DNA of 64,000 nt from an uncultured Phycisphaerales bacterium (GCA_963844715.1 CAWJPJ010000008.1:736001-800000); one strand, 5' to 3'. Shown: positions 1-12,578, counted from the first letter of the stretch. Translations and numbers: made by a program. Notes: generated by a model not told the origin, from the letters alone.

Positions 1-1093
1 ACCACCAGATAAACGCGCGCCGTTCGGCTCCGAAACCCCCGCCACAGAACCGCGCTCAAACTCAGCGCCGCCAGCGCCAGCGCCGACATCGCCGAGATTT
101 CATTTCCGCCGTGCCGCACGTACCCGCTTTTGAAGATCAAAAAAATGATCGCCGCCGCCCCCAATATCGCCATCGCGCTTTTCCATGCCGCGGTCTTTTC
201 CGCCGACCTCCCTCTCCACGGATGCGCCGTCAACATCGTTCCCAGCACGCACGCTCCTGCCGCCACGAATCGCGCTACATCGTATCCCTCCGACGCCGGC
301 GTGATCATCGCCTCGCCCTCGGTGTATCCGTTGGACACGATCCACGAGCGATACAAATAAACGCCCAACCCGGAAAGCGGCTGACCCGCCGCGAGCCAAA
401 ATCCCGCCAGCGAAACGCCATAAACGATCAAGCTCGCCGGAATGCGCCACCGCCGCGCGTCGTCGAACGTGATCAACACCACCACCGGCGCCGCGCATAA
501 AAAGTAGCTGAACTTCACCAGGCTCGCCAATCCCATCGATACCAGCAAAATCACCTTCGCCGCGTCTCCGGCCCCATCCTCTATATAAAAATGAATCAGC
601 AGCAGAAACCACGGCAGCATGAAAATCCGCGCGTCCGGCATTTGTACGCTTTGCCCGCTCAGCAATATCGCCCCCAGCAACCACACCGCCGCCACGCCCG
701 CCTTGTCCGTCATAAAAGCGGCGATTCGAACCAATCCCGCGGAATAACCCGCCGCCAAAATCAGCCACGCAAACCATGCGGGCGCGATCACCGACGAATC
801 AAAACCGCCTTCGATGAATCCCCATGGCCCGTGCGGGAACAAGATCTGCGTGCCAAAGGCCAGGTGATGAAGATATGCCCACCTCAACACCGCCACCCAC
901 GAGCTGTCCAGGTCGTTCCACGCCGGAAACGCCGCCGATGTATCAAGCGGCGCCATCACCAGCACCGTCAGCGCAAACAGCAACACCGCCGCCGCGTACC
1001 ACCAGACCGACTTTCGCGGTCTGGCGCTGATGCGCGCAAGTCTGAGCACTGGGCCGCATTCTGTCCGGAATCTGGCGTCTCGACGGAACCCAT
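1..1093 (-). CDS. Large multi-pass membrane protein, paralog 3 (putative GT-C-like glycosyltransferase); runs off the window, apparent frameshifts near 1030 and 820
   Basis: Manual translation gives NDLDSSWVAVLRWA..FPHGPW(G)F..LVKFS..FKSGYVRHGGNE, collinear with the two upstream paralogs. Confidence 0.75.
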
Positions 1094-1117
1094 CGCCCCT
1101 TCACTTCCATTAGACGA

Positions 1118-3655
1118 TCACTGAAACTTCAGATCCGTCCAATACATATCGATCCCCTTGTTCTGGTCGTCCGTATCGGTTTCCAGGATCAGCCCGTAAA
1201 TCTTCTTCCCCGGCGGAAACAGAAGGGTGATGTGATGCGTTCCGCGATCGGTTATCACGTTCACCGGATCAAGCTCAACCCCCCACGCGAGCCCCGCGCT
1301 GATTTGTTTCCCGATCTCGGTGTCGATCGCGTAGATCTTGTAAGTGGCATGCTCGGCGGTCGCATACGACCCAGTGAACATCCCGAACCCGGCGCTAAAT
1401 CCGCGGGCATTCGGCGGAGCCGGGATCAGCATCTGCGTATGCGGCGGCGCTTTGATCACCATTTTGCCGAAATCGTTCTCGACGAAATCCGGCGGGTTGG
1501 TTGGTTCGATCTGCAAAAAATGGGCCCCCAGGAAGAACTGCCGCAGGTTCAGATAATCGGCCATGCCCGGCACCTGTGAAATATCCGTATGCGGATAATG
1601 CAGCGCCGAGAATTGAATCGTATAGTCGTCGTCGTAGCAGACGCTCCCTCCCGACTCGGAAAACGCGACGGCGACCCCCATGTCCGTCACATGTCCAACC
1701 GCCAACTGGTTTTTCCAATCTTTTGAATAGAGCAACCCAAACGCCATCCGATCCGAAATCTCCGGCGAAAGCAGAAATCCGGTCTGGTCCAACTCCCGGA
1801 TCAGGCGAAATCTCTTCGGCTGCCCAGCGGTTGTAACCCCCAACAGCAACGGGGGCGGCTTATATAAGAGGCGAGTCAGTTGGCCCAGCGGCGTCAGATG
1901 AACGCTTATGTTGACCCAGATCGGATCATCCGATTGCGGCACCGAGATCCAATGCCCCAGGCGTCCCTGCCGCGTGCTGATCGGCGTCAGCGAGAATTCG
2001 CGAGGTTCGCTCGAACGCCGCAAGACCAGATAAGATCCCGACGCGTCGGTTAGATCGTATCGAGTTAAAATCTCGGGCCAGGACGCGGCGTCGTCCAGCG
2101 ACGGATAATGGTGATCGATCGTCTTCAGATCGAAAAGAATCGTCGGAGCCGCCCGATTGCTGGTAAGAAATCTCGCGTTTAGATTCGACAAAAAATCCGT
2201 AAACGCCAGATAACTGTGAAATACCGGTCGAGGACGATAGTCCATGCCCTGCGCCAGAAGCTGTCTTTGCCCCCAGGGGTAGATATCCACCGGTCCATCC
2301 ACCTTGGGAAGCGGCGGGGGGGAATACCCCAAGTCGTCCGCCGTGGAATTCTGCGGCTTCGCCGAAGTTCCGACGAACGCATCGACGACCGAACCCAACC
2401 GGTTCGGTATTTGCTCAATTTCGGCAAACAAGTTTTCCGGACCGCCCGCCATAGTCAGGCGCAGTTGCGATTCCCAGGAAAGATAAACGCCTGCGAAGCT
2501 CACCAGCACCAGAAAAATTTGCGCCCCGCCGCCGCGAATTCGCGGCCAAACCGTCCCCGTGAACGTCACTGCCATGATTGCCATCGCCGCCGTCGCGGCG
2601 ATTTCGTGCACATCATGCCGTACGTAACCCCCTTTGAAGATCAGGAAGATCAATCCCGCCGTGCCGATGATCGCCAGCGCGCTTTTGCGGGGGTCGATTA
2701 ACTCGGTTTCTCGCGGCCGTGCCCTGGCCGCAACTTCGTCCAGCACGCTTCCGGCGCGCTGAAGACCCGCCCCCTTCCTCCACGGATGCACCACCGCCAG
2801 AGACCCTAAAAACAGCAACGCCACCAGTATGAATTGCCCGATATCCACAAGTTCCGTGGGGGAGAACAACGATACCCCCTCCACATAACCATCAGCCATC
2901 TTCCACGAATGGAGCAAATACGGCCCGATACTTCCCAGAGGTTGGTGGGCGGCAAGCCAGAATCCCATCAGCGACACGACGTACACAATCAGGTAAGTCG
3001 GGGCCCGCCGGCGCCAAATTTGATCCGCCGTCACGACAGCCAGGACCGGCGCCGCCGTTGCAAAGAGCGAAAATTTGATCAGGCTGGAAAGGGCAATTGC
3101 AACGGTCAGCAAAATTTTCACCGGCGACCAATCGCGGGCGTCCACGTAAAAGTGAATCAGTAATAAGAACCAGCTTAGCAGCAGCAGGCGAGCGTCCACC
3201 ATATTTACCGGCGGTCCGGTTAAAAGGACCACGGCAATCAGCCACACCGCCGCGACCCATCTCGTGGTGGTCATTTGGCGCGAAATCGTCACCAGCGCCG
3301 CGAAGTAAGCGATGGACAAAAAGATCCACGCGGCCATCACGGTTGCGGCGGTTTCCGGCGAACTCCCCGCCGCGACAAATCCCCACGGGCCGTGCGTGAA
3401 GACGAGGTCGTGGCCGAAATCGATATGGTTTAAATAGGCCCAGTCGAGCACCTTCGCCCAGGAAGCGTCCAACTCATCGACCGCCCTCGTCGGCGCCGGA
3501 TTGCTCCACATCACAAACGCGCAAAGATTTAGAACGAATATCCCCGCCAGCGCGGCAAACCACCACCAGGGCGACTTTTCCTTCCGATCCTGGCCCGATG
3601 CGCCTTCCTCTCCTGCGGCCACTTCGCCCGACGATGCTGTGTTCTCTGATTCCAT
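1118..3655 (-). CDS. Large multi-pass membrane protein with extracytoplasmic C-terminal domain, paralog 2 (putative GT-C-like glycosyltransferase)
   Basis: 845 aa ORF; many hydrophobic helices; motifs LDASW, FTHGPWGF, KGGYVRHD, YRPRPVFHSY. Confidence 0.8.
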   Translation of the reverse strand: MESENTASSGEVAAGEEGASGQDRKEKSPWWWFAALAGIFVLNLCAFVMWSNPAPTRAVDELDASWAKVLDWAYLNHIDFGHDLVFTHGPWGFVAAGSSPETAATVMAAWIFLSIAYFAALVTISRQMTTTRWVAAVWLIAVVLLTGPPVNMVDARLLLLSWFLLLIHFYVDARDWSPVKILLTVAIALSSLIKFSLFATAAPVLAVVTADQIWRRRAPTYLIVYVVSLMGFWLAAHQPLGSIGPYLLHSWKMADGYVEGVSLFSPTELVDIGQFILVALLFLGSLAVVHPWRKGAGLQRAGSVLDEVAARARPRETELIDPRKSALAIIGTAGLIFLIFKGGYVRHDVHEIAATAAMAIMAVTFTGTVWPRIRGGGAQIFLVLVSFAGVYLSWESQLRLTMAGGPENLFAEIEQIPNRLGSVVDAFVGTSAKPQNSTADDLGYSPPPLPKVDGPVDIYPWGQRQLLAQGMDYRPRPVFHSYLAFTDFLSNLNARFLTSNRAAPTILFDLKTIDHHYPSLDDAASWPEILTRYDLTDASGSYLVLRRSSEPREFSLTPISTRQGRLGHWISVPQSDDPIWVNISVHLTPLGQLTRLLYKPPPLLLGVTTAGQPKRFRLIRELDQTGFLLSPEISDRMAFGLLYSKDWKNQLAVGHVTDMGVAVAFSESGGSVCYDDDYTIQFSALHYPHTDISQVPGMADYLNLRQFFLGAHFLQIEPTNPPDFVENDFGKMVIKAPPHTQMLIPAPPNARGFSAGFGMFTGSYATAEHATYKIYAIDTEIGKQISAGLAWGVELDPVNVITDRGTHHITLLFPPGKKIYGLILETDTDDQNKGIDMYWTDLKFQ

Positions 3656-3670
3656 AAGTTTTCTATTTGC

Positions 3671-6174
3671 TCAATGAAATTGAATATCCGTCCAGTAAGA
3701 ATCGCTGTTCAGGTTCTGCGGGCCTGGCTTCGTCTGCAGGACGATTCCCGCCACGCCCGATGCTGGAAGATCGACCGTCTGCTCGTGAGTGCCGCGATCC
3801 TGGGCTTGATCCGTCGGATTCAGGACCGATACAAACAGCCGCTCCGGATGGGCCCGTCCCGATAAATGATCGACCGTATAAGCGGAGAACTCAACCCCAT
3901 CGGTCCGGTTGCCCCCCTGGAACGATTTGTTCCGCATTCCAAAACCAAACTGAAACTTCCGGCGCCGGCGGGAATGGGAATCAACAGTTGGGCCAGCGCC
4001 GGAGCCGTGAGAATGACCTTTCCGTTGTCTTCCTGCGTCAATACGACATCGCCGTGGGCTCGAAGCACGGTGATCTGTTCCGCCATCGCCCGCATGTTCA
4101 CATAGTCCCCCATCCCCGGCACGGCGGAAATGTCCGCGTGCGGATAGTGCAGCCCGTAGAATTCAACCGTAAATTCCCCTTGATAATATTCCTCCGCGAT
4201 ATCATCATCGAATCCGATCGCGATTTCCGAAACCAGATCCGCATTCATGATCTGTTTCCACTGGGGCGAATAGAGCGCCGCAAGCGCGGTCGTGTCGGGA
4301 AGCATCGGAGACAGCAAAAATCCCGAGCCCGCCTCCTCGCGCATAAGCGTCCGTGTGAGTTCCCGCCCCGACCGCGTGGTAATTTTCAATCCCACCAGCG
4401 GCAATTTGTACATCGCCCGCATGACGCGTCCCCAGGGGGTCAAGTCGACGTGAATTGCGACCCACACCGGATCGTTCGAATCCGGAACGTCGACCCAATG
4501 CGCGAACACTCCCGTGCGCTCCCCAAGCGGCACGAGCGAAAATGAGCGTGGGGATTGCGATCGCCGCAACACCAATTGCGTCCTGGCGGCGTCTTTCAGA
4601 TCGTACCGCGTCAGCAATTCGGGGATCGACAGAGCGTCGTCCTGCGACGGATAATGCTCGTCGATTGGCTGCAAGCGAAAGAGCACGGTTTCCGGGGCAC
4701 TGGCGCCGGCGAGAAATTCCGCGTTTAATCGCGACAACTCGGCGGAATACGTGTAGTAACTCTGAAACACCGGACGCGGGCGGTAATCCAGATTATTGTC
4801 GATCAGGACGCGCTGCCCGATCGAGTAGGAATCCACCGGACCGACGATCTCCTTCGCCAGCCCGTCGGGGAGCGGCAGCTTCTGTTTCTCGTAATCAAGG
4901 CGGATCCCTTCGCCTCCGCTGAGCCAATCGATCGCCGTCGCAATCGAATTTGGAACAATCCCCACCGTCCCCAACGCCAGTTCCGCTTCCGATTTTCCCA
5001 GACACGATTCCTCCGAATACCAGGCCAATCCCAGGATACCCACGCACGCAACGGCGATGAAAGCTTTGGCCAGCGGTTCGTCCACGCGCGGCCAGACGGT
5101 CGCGCCGATCGCCAGCGCAATCAGCCCCAGCGATGCCGTCGCGATGATCTCATGAATGTCGTGGCGGACGTAGCCCGTCTTGAATATCGCAAAGAGCGCC
5201 GCCGCAAACCCCATCGCGCCCAGGATGCTTTTGCCGTGTTCGACCGTGCCCCCTCGATTGGGCGCCGCCACGAGCGTTTCGTCGATCACTCGCCGCAGGC
5301 TGCGCTCGGAGCGATAGCGATACCACGGGTGCATCATTCCCAACATCGCAAACAACATGCTGACGGCGATCACGAAAGCGAGAACGTCCGTATCCTCCGA
5401 GGCCACAAACTGCTGCAGCCCTTCCGTATAACCCGAGACGACGGTCAGCGAATGGGAAAGATATGCCCCCAGACTGCCGAGCGGCTGCCCCGCCAGCAGC
5501 CAAAGCGCGATAAACGAGCCGATGTAGCAAATCAGGAACGACGGAATCCGCTTCCGCAAAACCTGGTCGATGGTGATGACGCCAAGCACCGGCACGGCGG
5601 TCGAAAAAGTTGAAGTTTTAATCAGCCCCACCCACGCCAGTCCGATCGTCAATATGATCTTCCCCGCCTCCCAGGGCGAATCGTCGAAATAGAAATAGAT
5701 TAACAGCAGCAGCCAGCCGATCATCGCGATGCGGACGTCTTGAAACTGTCGCACCGGACCGCCGGCGAGAGTGATAAACAGCAGCATGAATCCCGCCGCC
5801 CATTTTCGCGAAGGAAGGCCGCCGGCGATTTTCCACGCCGCGAGAAAGAATCCGACCGCCAGCACCGACCACGTCAGGACGGCCCACCCGAAGAGGGCCG
5901 GCATGTAACGCAGGTTGACGAAGCCCCACGGTCCATAGGTGAAGATCAGATTTTTCCCGAAGTCGATTTTGTGCACGTGCGCCCATTGAAGGACGACATT
6001 CCACGATGCGTCGAGATCGTTCGGCGGAAGCGAAATGTTCCACGGCACGAACACGCAAAGCGTATAAAGCAGCAGCACCGCCGGCAGCCACAGACTCGCC
6101 GCGATGGACTTACCGCTTTTCACGGAGTCCGTCGAAACCGCGGGGGTGGAAGATGTGCTGTCCGCCGTGTCCAC
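3671..6174 (-). CDS. Large multi-pass membrane protein, paralog 1 (putative GT-C-like glycosyltransferase); frameshift near 3945
   Basis: 784 aa ORF plus 3671..3937 tail ending YWTDIQFH, matching paralog 2 end YWTDLKFQ. Confidence 0.8.
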
Positions 6175-6175
6175 T

Positions 6176-6901
6176 TTAGCCCAGCCAGCGATGCTGAAAC
6201 GCCCAGAAATACCACTGAAGATATTTGGGCAGCCATTTGACCAATTTGAATCGGCTCTTTCCCGCGGTGCGATCCAGCCACGTCGCCGGAACCTCCTCGA
6301 CCCGCCCGCCGCGGAAGTGCGCTTTGACCGTCAATTCCAGACCCAGGCAAAAGCCCGCCTTGCTTTCAATCGGCGTCTTCCTCAAAAAATCCAGGCGATA
6401 CGCCTTGAAACTGTTCGTCGGATCGTGCGTCTTCAGCCCCGTGAACCAGCACAACGTCAGCCCCGCCATGCGGCTCAAGAATCCCTTGATCTTTGGCCCG
6501 CCGATTTGTTTTCCCCCCTTCATATACCGGCTGGCGCAAACCACATCCGCTCCCGCTTCGGCGCGGCGAACCATCTCCTCGACCGCTGAAAAATCGTCCG
6601 ACACGTCCGCCATCATCACCACCACCACCGGCGCCGCCGCCGCGCTCATCCCCGCCTCGATGGCGAATCGCACCCCCGCGCCCAGCCGATTCCGCACCAA
6701 TCGAATCGGCGAAGGTTTCTGATCCGCCGGCATGGCCTCCAGCGCCGGCAGCGTGTTGTCCTGGTCGAAATCGTAACAGATCAGAACTTCATATCCCGGC
6801 GGCAAATGCTGCAAAGCCTTTTTGCAATACTCCGCGATGTTCGGTCCCTCGTTATAGGCAGGAACCACCACAGAATATCGCGGCGGCGGGCCTTCCGTCA
6901 C
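6176..6901 (-). CDS. Glycosyltransferase family 2 (polyprenol-phosphate sugar synthase, DPM1-like)
   Basis: SVVVPAYNE, MMADVSD, ASRYMKGG, DRTAGKSRF motifs; GTG at 6901 overlaps a TGA at 6898-6900. Confidence 0.88.
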   Translation of the reverse strand: MTEGPPPRYSVVVPAYNEGPNIAEYCKKALQHLPPGYEVLICYDFDQDNTLPALEAMPADQKPSPIRLVRNRLGAGVRFAIEAGMSAAAAPVVVVMMADVSDDFSAVEEMVRRAEAGADVVCASRYMKGGKQIGGPKIKGFLSRMAGLTLCWFTGLKTHDPTNSFKAYRLDFLRKTPIESKAGFCLGLELTVKAHFRGGRVEEVPATWLDRTAGKSRFKLVKWLPKYLQWYFWAFQHRWLG

Positions 6902-7703
6902 CGGCGGCGCGCCCGGCAGCGGAGCCTTGCGCGGCCGTGATGATGAATGTTCCGAAGCGTCGCCCCAGCCCCACGCTCTCCCACAAAAAATCCATCGCAT
7001 TGTACATCCAGAGCATGGCGTTGATCAGGCCGGGCGCAACTTTGCGGTACGGGATATCCCCCTGACAGCGCAGATGGACATATTGAAATCCCGCTTCGCG
7101 GAACTGCCGCCTCAGCCGCCGCGCCTGCAGCGGCCGCTCATTCGGACTCACTCCCGCCGCCAGATACAGTTTGCTCCCCGGCCAGCGAAACAGCGCCATC
7201 GCGGGATGCAACACGTTGGGATCGTACGCAAAAGCCCATCCGCCCGGCTTCAACACCCGCAATGCTTCCTTGATGGCCGGCTGATAGTCTGGAATGTGAT
7301 GCAGCACGCTGCTGAAGGCGACAATGTCGAAACTCTCATCCGCAAAGGGAAGCCGGCACGCATCGGCGCGCATCCAGCGCGAATCCGGAAATCGCCCGGC
7401 CGCGACCTGAACGGCGCGATCCGACAAATCCAGCCCGACATGAAAATCCAAAAATCGCTGGTAAATCCGCCGCGACTGCCCCGTCCCGCACCCCACTTCC
7501 AGCACGCGTATCTGCTGCCCCGGCATCTGAACCGACAGCGGGTCGGCCACCCAGCGCTCGAAACGCTTTTGCAGCGTTTTCCAGCCGCGTTCCGTGAAGG
7601 GATTGAAGTCCCCCTTCTCATCGACATACGTATCGAAATAGTTGATCTCCGCGGCGACGGGATCAGCCAGGGCTTGCGGCGAAGTACGCGACGTTCCGTT
7701 CAT
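6898..7703 (-). CDS. Class I SAM-dependent methyltransferase (C-terminal end uncertain, probable frameshift near 6930)
   Basis: VLEVGCGTG, DACRLPFADESFD, VLHH, LKPGG motifs. Confidence 0.9.
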
Positions 7704-8722
7704 ATATTCCCGTGCGCCAACTCCTCTTTAATCCACGGGATCACTTCGTCGAGCATTGTGGAGAGCGACGTGTTGGCCTCGAAATCCAGAACCTTCTTGG
7801 CCTTGCTCACGTCGGGGACGCGCATCTGAACATCATACAGGTAGGGGGGATCGGACACGTACTCAAACTTCTTGCCTTTGCCGTGAATCTTCTCCCATAT
7901 CAGCTCGGCCAGCTCCAGCACGGTGGTGGACTGCGGCGTGGAGAGATTGAAATCCTGCATCGTGGCCGCCGGATGGAAAATCGAGGTGACGATCCCCTGC
8001 GCCAAATCTCCGCCGTAGGTGTAGCATCGCGTCTGCTTGCCGCTTCCCAGAATCCGCAGCGGCGATTGCCCTTTCAACACCTTCTGAACCAGGTCCGGCA
8101 CCACATGGCTCATCGCCAGCTTGATGTTCCCGCTGGGAACGTCCTTATCACCGATGGCCCGCCGCTCCCCGATTCCCACGCAGTTAAACGGCCGGCAAAT
8201 CGTGTACGGCAGTTTGTATTGCTCGTACGCCCCCTTGGCGAAATACTCGCACGCCAGCTTCTGAAACCCATACGTGCTCGACGGCGGCGGGCATTTCTCC
8301 TGATGTCCCTCCGGCGTCGGGAAAACCGTCGCATTCTCGAACACCATGCTGCTGCTTAAAACGGTGATCTTTTTGAGCTTCGCCTTCCTAAATGCCGCGA
8401 TCGCCGCGTCGAAGCTGGCGGCGATGATCCGTTCGTTTTCCGCCAGTAGATCGTAGGCGTACTCGTGAAAATAGCTGATCCCGCCGATTCGCGCCGCGCA
8501 GGCCACGAAATGATCGCAACCCGCCGCCAGATCGCTGAGCAGTTTGACGTCCGTCGCGTCCGCCTGGATGAACTGATAGCGCGGGTCCTTCTGGTAGCTT
8601 TTTTCGATGCGGCCGTATTTGGAAAAATTGTCCACGCCGACCACTTCGTGTCCGGCCGACAAAAGTTCCTGGACCATGTATCCCGCGATGAATCCGGCGG
8701 AGCCGGTGACTAGTACCTTCAT
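7700..8722 (-). CDS. NAD-dependent epimerase/dehydratase
   Basis: GSAGFIA Rossmann motif, YGFQK (YxxxK), RPFN. Confidence 0.93.
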   Translation of the reverse strand: MKVLVTGSAGFIAGYMVQELLSAGHEVVGVDNFSKYGRIEKSYQKDPRYQFIQADATDVKLLSDLAAGCDHFVACAARIGGISYFHEYAYDLLAENERIIAASFDAAIAAFRKAKLKKITVLSSSMVFENATVFPTPEGHQEKCPPPSSTYGFQKLACEYFAKGAYEQYKLPYTICRPFNCVGIGERRAIGDKDVPSGNIKLAMSHVVPDLVQKVLKGQSPLRILGSGKQTRCYTYGGDLAQGIVTSIFHPAATMQDFNLSTPQSTTVLELAELIWEKIHGKGKKFEYVSDPPYLYDVQMRVPDVSKAKKVLDFEANTSLSTMLDEVIPWIKEELAHGNI

Positions 8723-8759
8723 AATCTTCGCTTCCCGAGTTGTTTGAAAAAATGATCGT

Positions 8760-9959
8760 TCACGATTCGTGGCCGAGGCAGTCCCAAACGTCGATCACCT
8801 TGCCGGCCGGTATTTTCAGCTTCCGGTACGGCTTGTGCGGGGCGCCGATGAAGATCATATCCGATTCCGCCAACACCTTTTCCATCGGCTCCAGGCTCGC
8901 GTCGCGAACGTACGGATCGCTGCACAGCACCCGGCGGCATTCCAGCGTCAGCAGCTTCTTCAGCTTGTAGCTCAGCGAGTCGCGCGGATCGTCGCTCTCG
9001 GCCTTGAATGCCATCCCCAGAATCCCCACCGTTTTGCCCGACAAATCCATCTTTCGCTTCGCCAGCCCGATCAAATGCGACGGCAATCCCTCGTTGATCA
9101 GCATCGCCGAGTGCCCCAGCACAAACTTATTGTGGCTGAACGCCGCCAGTTGCATGGTGTCCTTCACCAGACAAGGTCCGGCCGTCAGTCCTGGCCCGGG
9201 CATCCCGCTCATCCGCGCATATTTATGCCGGCAGGCGTGCAATATCCGGTTGAAGTCCAGCCCGTTCTCCGTGGCGATCATGTAAAACTGATTGACCGTC
9301 GCGAACTGAATGTATCGCCACGCATTAGTCATCAATTTCGTCAACTCCGCTTCCATCACCGGAATCTCGACGAACTGCGACGTAAACCGCGCGAACAGCT
9401 CGCGCACCTGGCCCAGCGTCTTGGGATCAAAAGCGCTGATGATCTGCGGCAGCTCCCGGAATTCGCGCAAGCTATATCCCTGCGCCACCCGCTCCGGACA
9501 AAACGCCACCGAAATATCCAGCCCCATTTCGTTTATGTGTGATTGGATCAGCTTACTGATTCCGGGGAAAACCGTGCTGCGCAGGATCAGAATCTGCCCA
9601 TTGCGCAGATAATCCTTGCACATCTCGATCGCCTTGTGAATCGCCCCAAACTGCGGATTCAGATGCTCATCCACCGGCGTTCCCACGATCAGCACGATGA
9701 ATCGACAGTCCGAAAGCAATTCCGGCGAGGCGTGCGCCTCCAGCGTGCCCCTCTTCAGCACGCGATGGAGCATCTCCTCGGCGCCCTCTTCCTCGAACGG
9801 CATCTTCCCGGCGCGGATCGTTTCGACGACCTTGCGGTTGATGTCATAGATGACGGTTTTCAGCCCCGCGTCGGCAAACGTCAGCGCCAGCGGCAAGCCC
9901 ACATGGCCGCCGCCCCCAATCACACAAACATCCCGTCCGAACGCCGTCGGCTGACTCAC
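8760..9959 (-). CDS. Nucleotide-sugar dehydrogenase (UDP-glucose/UDP-ManNAc dehydrogenase family)
   Basis: GGGHVGLP, FCPER, GPCLVKD, GMAFKAESDDPRDS; GGAGG SD before GTG at 9959. Confidence 0.92.
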   Translation of the reverse strand: MSQPTAFGRDVCVIGGGGHVGLPLALTFADAGLKTVIYDINRKVVETIRAGKMPFEEEGAEEMLHRVLKRGTLEAHASPELLSDCRFIVLIVGTPVDEHLNPQFGAIHKAIEMCKDYLRNGQILILRSTVFPGISKLIQSHINEMGLDISVAFCPERVAQGYSLREFRELPQIISAFDPKTLGQVRELFARFTSQFVEIPVMEAELTKLMTNAWRYIQFATVNQFYMIATENGLDFNRILHACRHKYARMSGMPGPGLTAGPCLVKDTMQLAAFSHNKFVLGHSAMLINEGLPSHLIGLAKRKMDLSGKTVGILGMAFKAESDDPRDSLSYKLKKLLTLECRRVLCSDPYVRDASLEPMEKVLAESDMIFIGAPHKPYRKLKIPAGKVIDVWDCLGHES

Positions 9960-10025
9960 TAAAAACCTCCAGTTTCCGCATACAAGGGATAAAGATCGTA
10001 GTTGATTTCCGCGCACCTTTTTTTC

Positions 10026-10064
10026 CCCCTCCACCGGTAATCCGGAGGAGGGTTGGGGAGGGGG
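10026..10064. repeat. REP-like palindromic intergenic repeat (CCCTCC-CCGGTA-CCGG-GGAGGG-GGGGAGGG family)
   Basis: Close variant of the element at 35464..35504. Confidence 0.7.
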
Positions 10065-10622
10065 CAGGAGCGGTGCTCAAATACGATCCCTTTGACAGCG
10101 TGAATATACACGCCATCGCGGACCCGGCCAAAGCCGCCGCTACGGAACAGGAATTTCAGGGCCAAATGGCGCGCAAAGCAAAGCGCGGAGGAGGCTTGCC
10201 TCGCTTACGGGGAGGGCTCGTGCTTGGTTAAGCGAAATAAGACGCGGCGAAGGTTGCCAATGAAGGGTGCGTAATCGACGTAACTCACTGTCAAATCACA
10301 ATAATATGAAAATTATGATGCACCATATAATATGTTTTCCGATGAGCATTGTGTCATCCGGCGGCGGGGCGGGTAAATCCCGAGAATCCCCCTCACCCGT
10401 GCCGCTCGTCTGGATGATTTTAGTGATGCACCCATGGCAGCATCCGGGCGCGCAAAAGGCCATCTGTGGCCGATGCGCCCCGGGTGCCTTTTTATGCGCA
10501 GTAACAATCAACCCCAATGCGCCGGCGGGGTGCTCCTGGCATTTCTTTAACCTGTTGTTGAGCGTTTCCACGAAGTGTTTGACCGCGTAATTGTTCGCCG
10601 CGCGGCCGACCCAACCCAGGCC

Positions 10623-11732
<1,110 letters not shown>

Positions 11733-11934
11733 TTATAGGGCGTCAATATCGAGTTCCGCCAATATGCCCCTGGCTGTTTAGAGAATCGGTTCAATCAATC
11801 GCTCCATTGACGATGGTCTGGTGCAAAAAAACCGCATGTAAGACGAGTTACGCGATTGAACGGCTTTTTTTCGGTCCACTGCAATTTTCCACGCCTGGTC
11901 CGATAGTGTTCGAGTTGTTTTCCGAAAAGTTCGT

Positions 11935-11961
11935 TCAGCCGCCGCTAAGGAGTGCCGAAAA
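11935..11961 (+). promoter_or_regulatory. Possible sigma28 (FliA)-type promoter
   Basis: TCAG-N15-GCCGAAAA resembles TAAA-N15-GCCGATAA; lies 25 nt upstream of the PilZ gene. Confidence 0.45.
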
Positions 11962-11986
11962 ATGAAATGGTTATTCAAAAATCAAA

Positions 11987-12436
11987 ATGAGCCTCAAGCT
12001 GACTGCACAACTTTATAAGCAGATCCTGGCGAGCCTGCGGTCCGATTTCCCAAGCCGCGGCAGTGAGAAGCGCGGCCAGGGTCGCGTCGGCCTGCGCTGC
12101 TCCCTGGATATCGTCCCCTGTTCCTTCAGCGAAAACGGCGCAAAACCCATCACCGTTTGGGTGCGTGACATCTCGATGAAGGGGATCGGCCTAGTCACTT
12201 CGATGCCGATCGCCGAGGGAACGCTCTTCATCGCGCGCCTTCCGCGCAATCCCGACGAGCCGCTAAGCGTGACCTATAAAGTCGTCTATTGCCGGCGGCT
12301 CAGCAGCGATCTCTATAGCGTCGGTTCAGTCCTGGAAACCGTGAAAGACGAAAAGAGCGCCCCGGACAAGTCGGGCGGGGATAAGGCCGGCGCCGCCAAA
12401 TCCAACGGCGGCGTCGCTGTCGGAGCGGCAAAGTAG
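11987..12436 (+). CDS. PilZ domain protein (c-di-GMP binding)
   Basis: EKRGQGR (RxxxR) and DISMKG (DxSxxG) motifs. Confidence 0.85.
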   Translation: MSLKLTAQLYKQILASLRSDFPSRGSEKRGQGRVGLRCSLDIVPCSFSENGAKPITVWVRDISMKGIGLVTSMPIAEGTLFIARLPRNPDEPLSVTYKVVYCRRLSSDLYSVGSVLETVKDEKSAPDKSGGDKAGAAKSNGGVAVGAAK

Positions 12437-12578
12437 TTCTCGCAAAACCTCCGCATTTATCGGTCCCTCCCTCTGGCGCCTCAGATTTATTTGCCCCCCA
12501 TAAATCCATCGTTATCATGAACCCCGGGCGGAACGTGGAACGGGCTTTTCTCACCCGTGAGAAAGGAAGGAAAGAGCC

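Noticed and set aside
10440..10487. c-di-GMP-I riboswitch (GCAAA-stem-GATGC resembles P2)
   Set aside because: No GNRA loop or P3 arm and no downstream gene on that strand; kept only as an sRNA candidate
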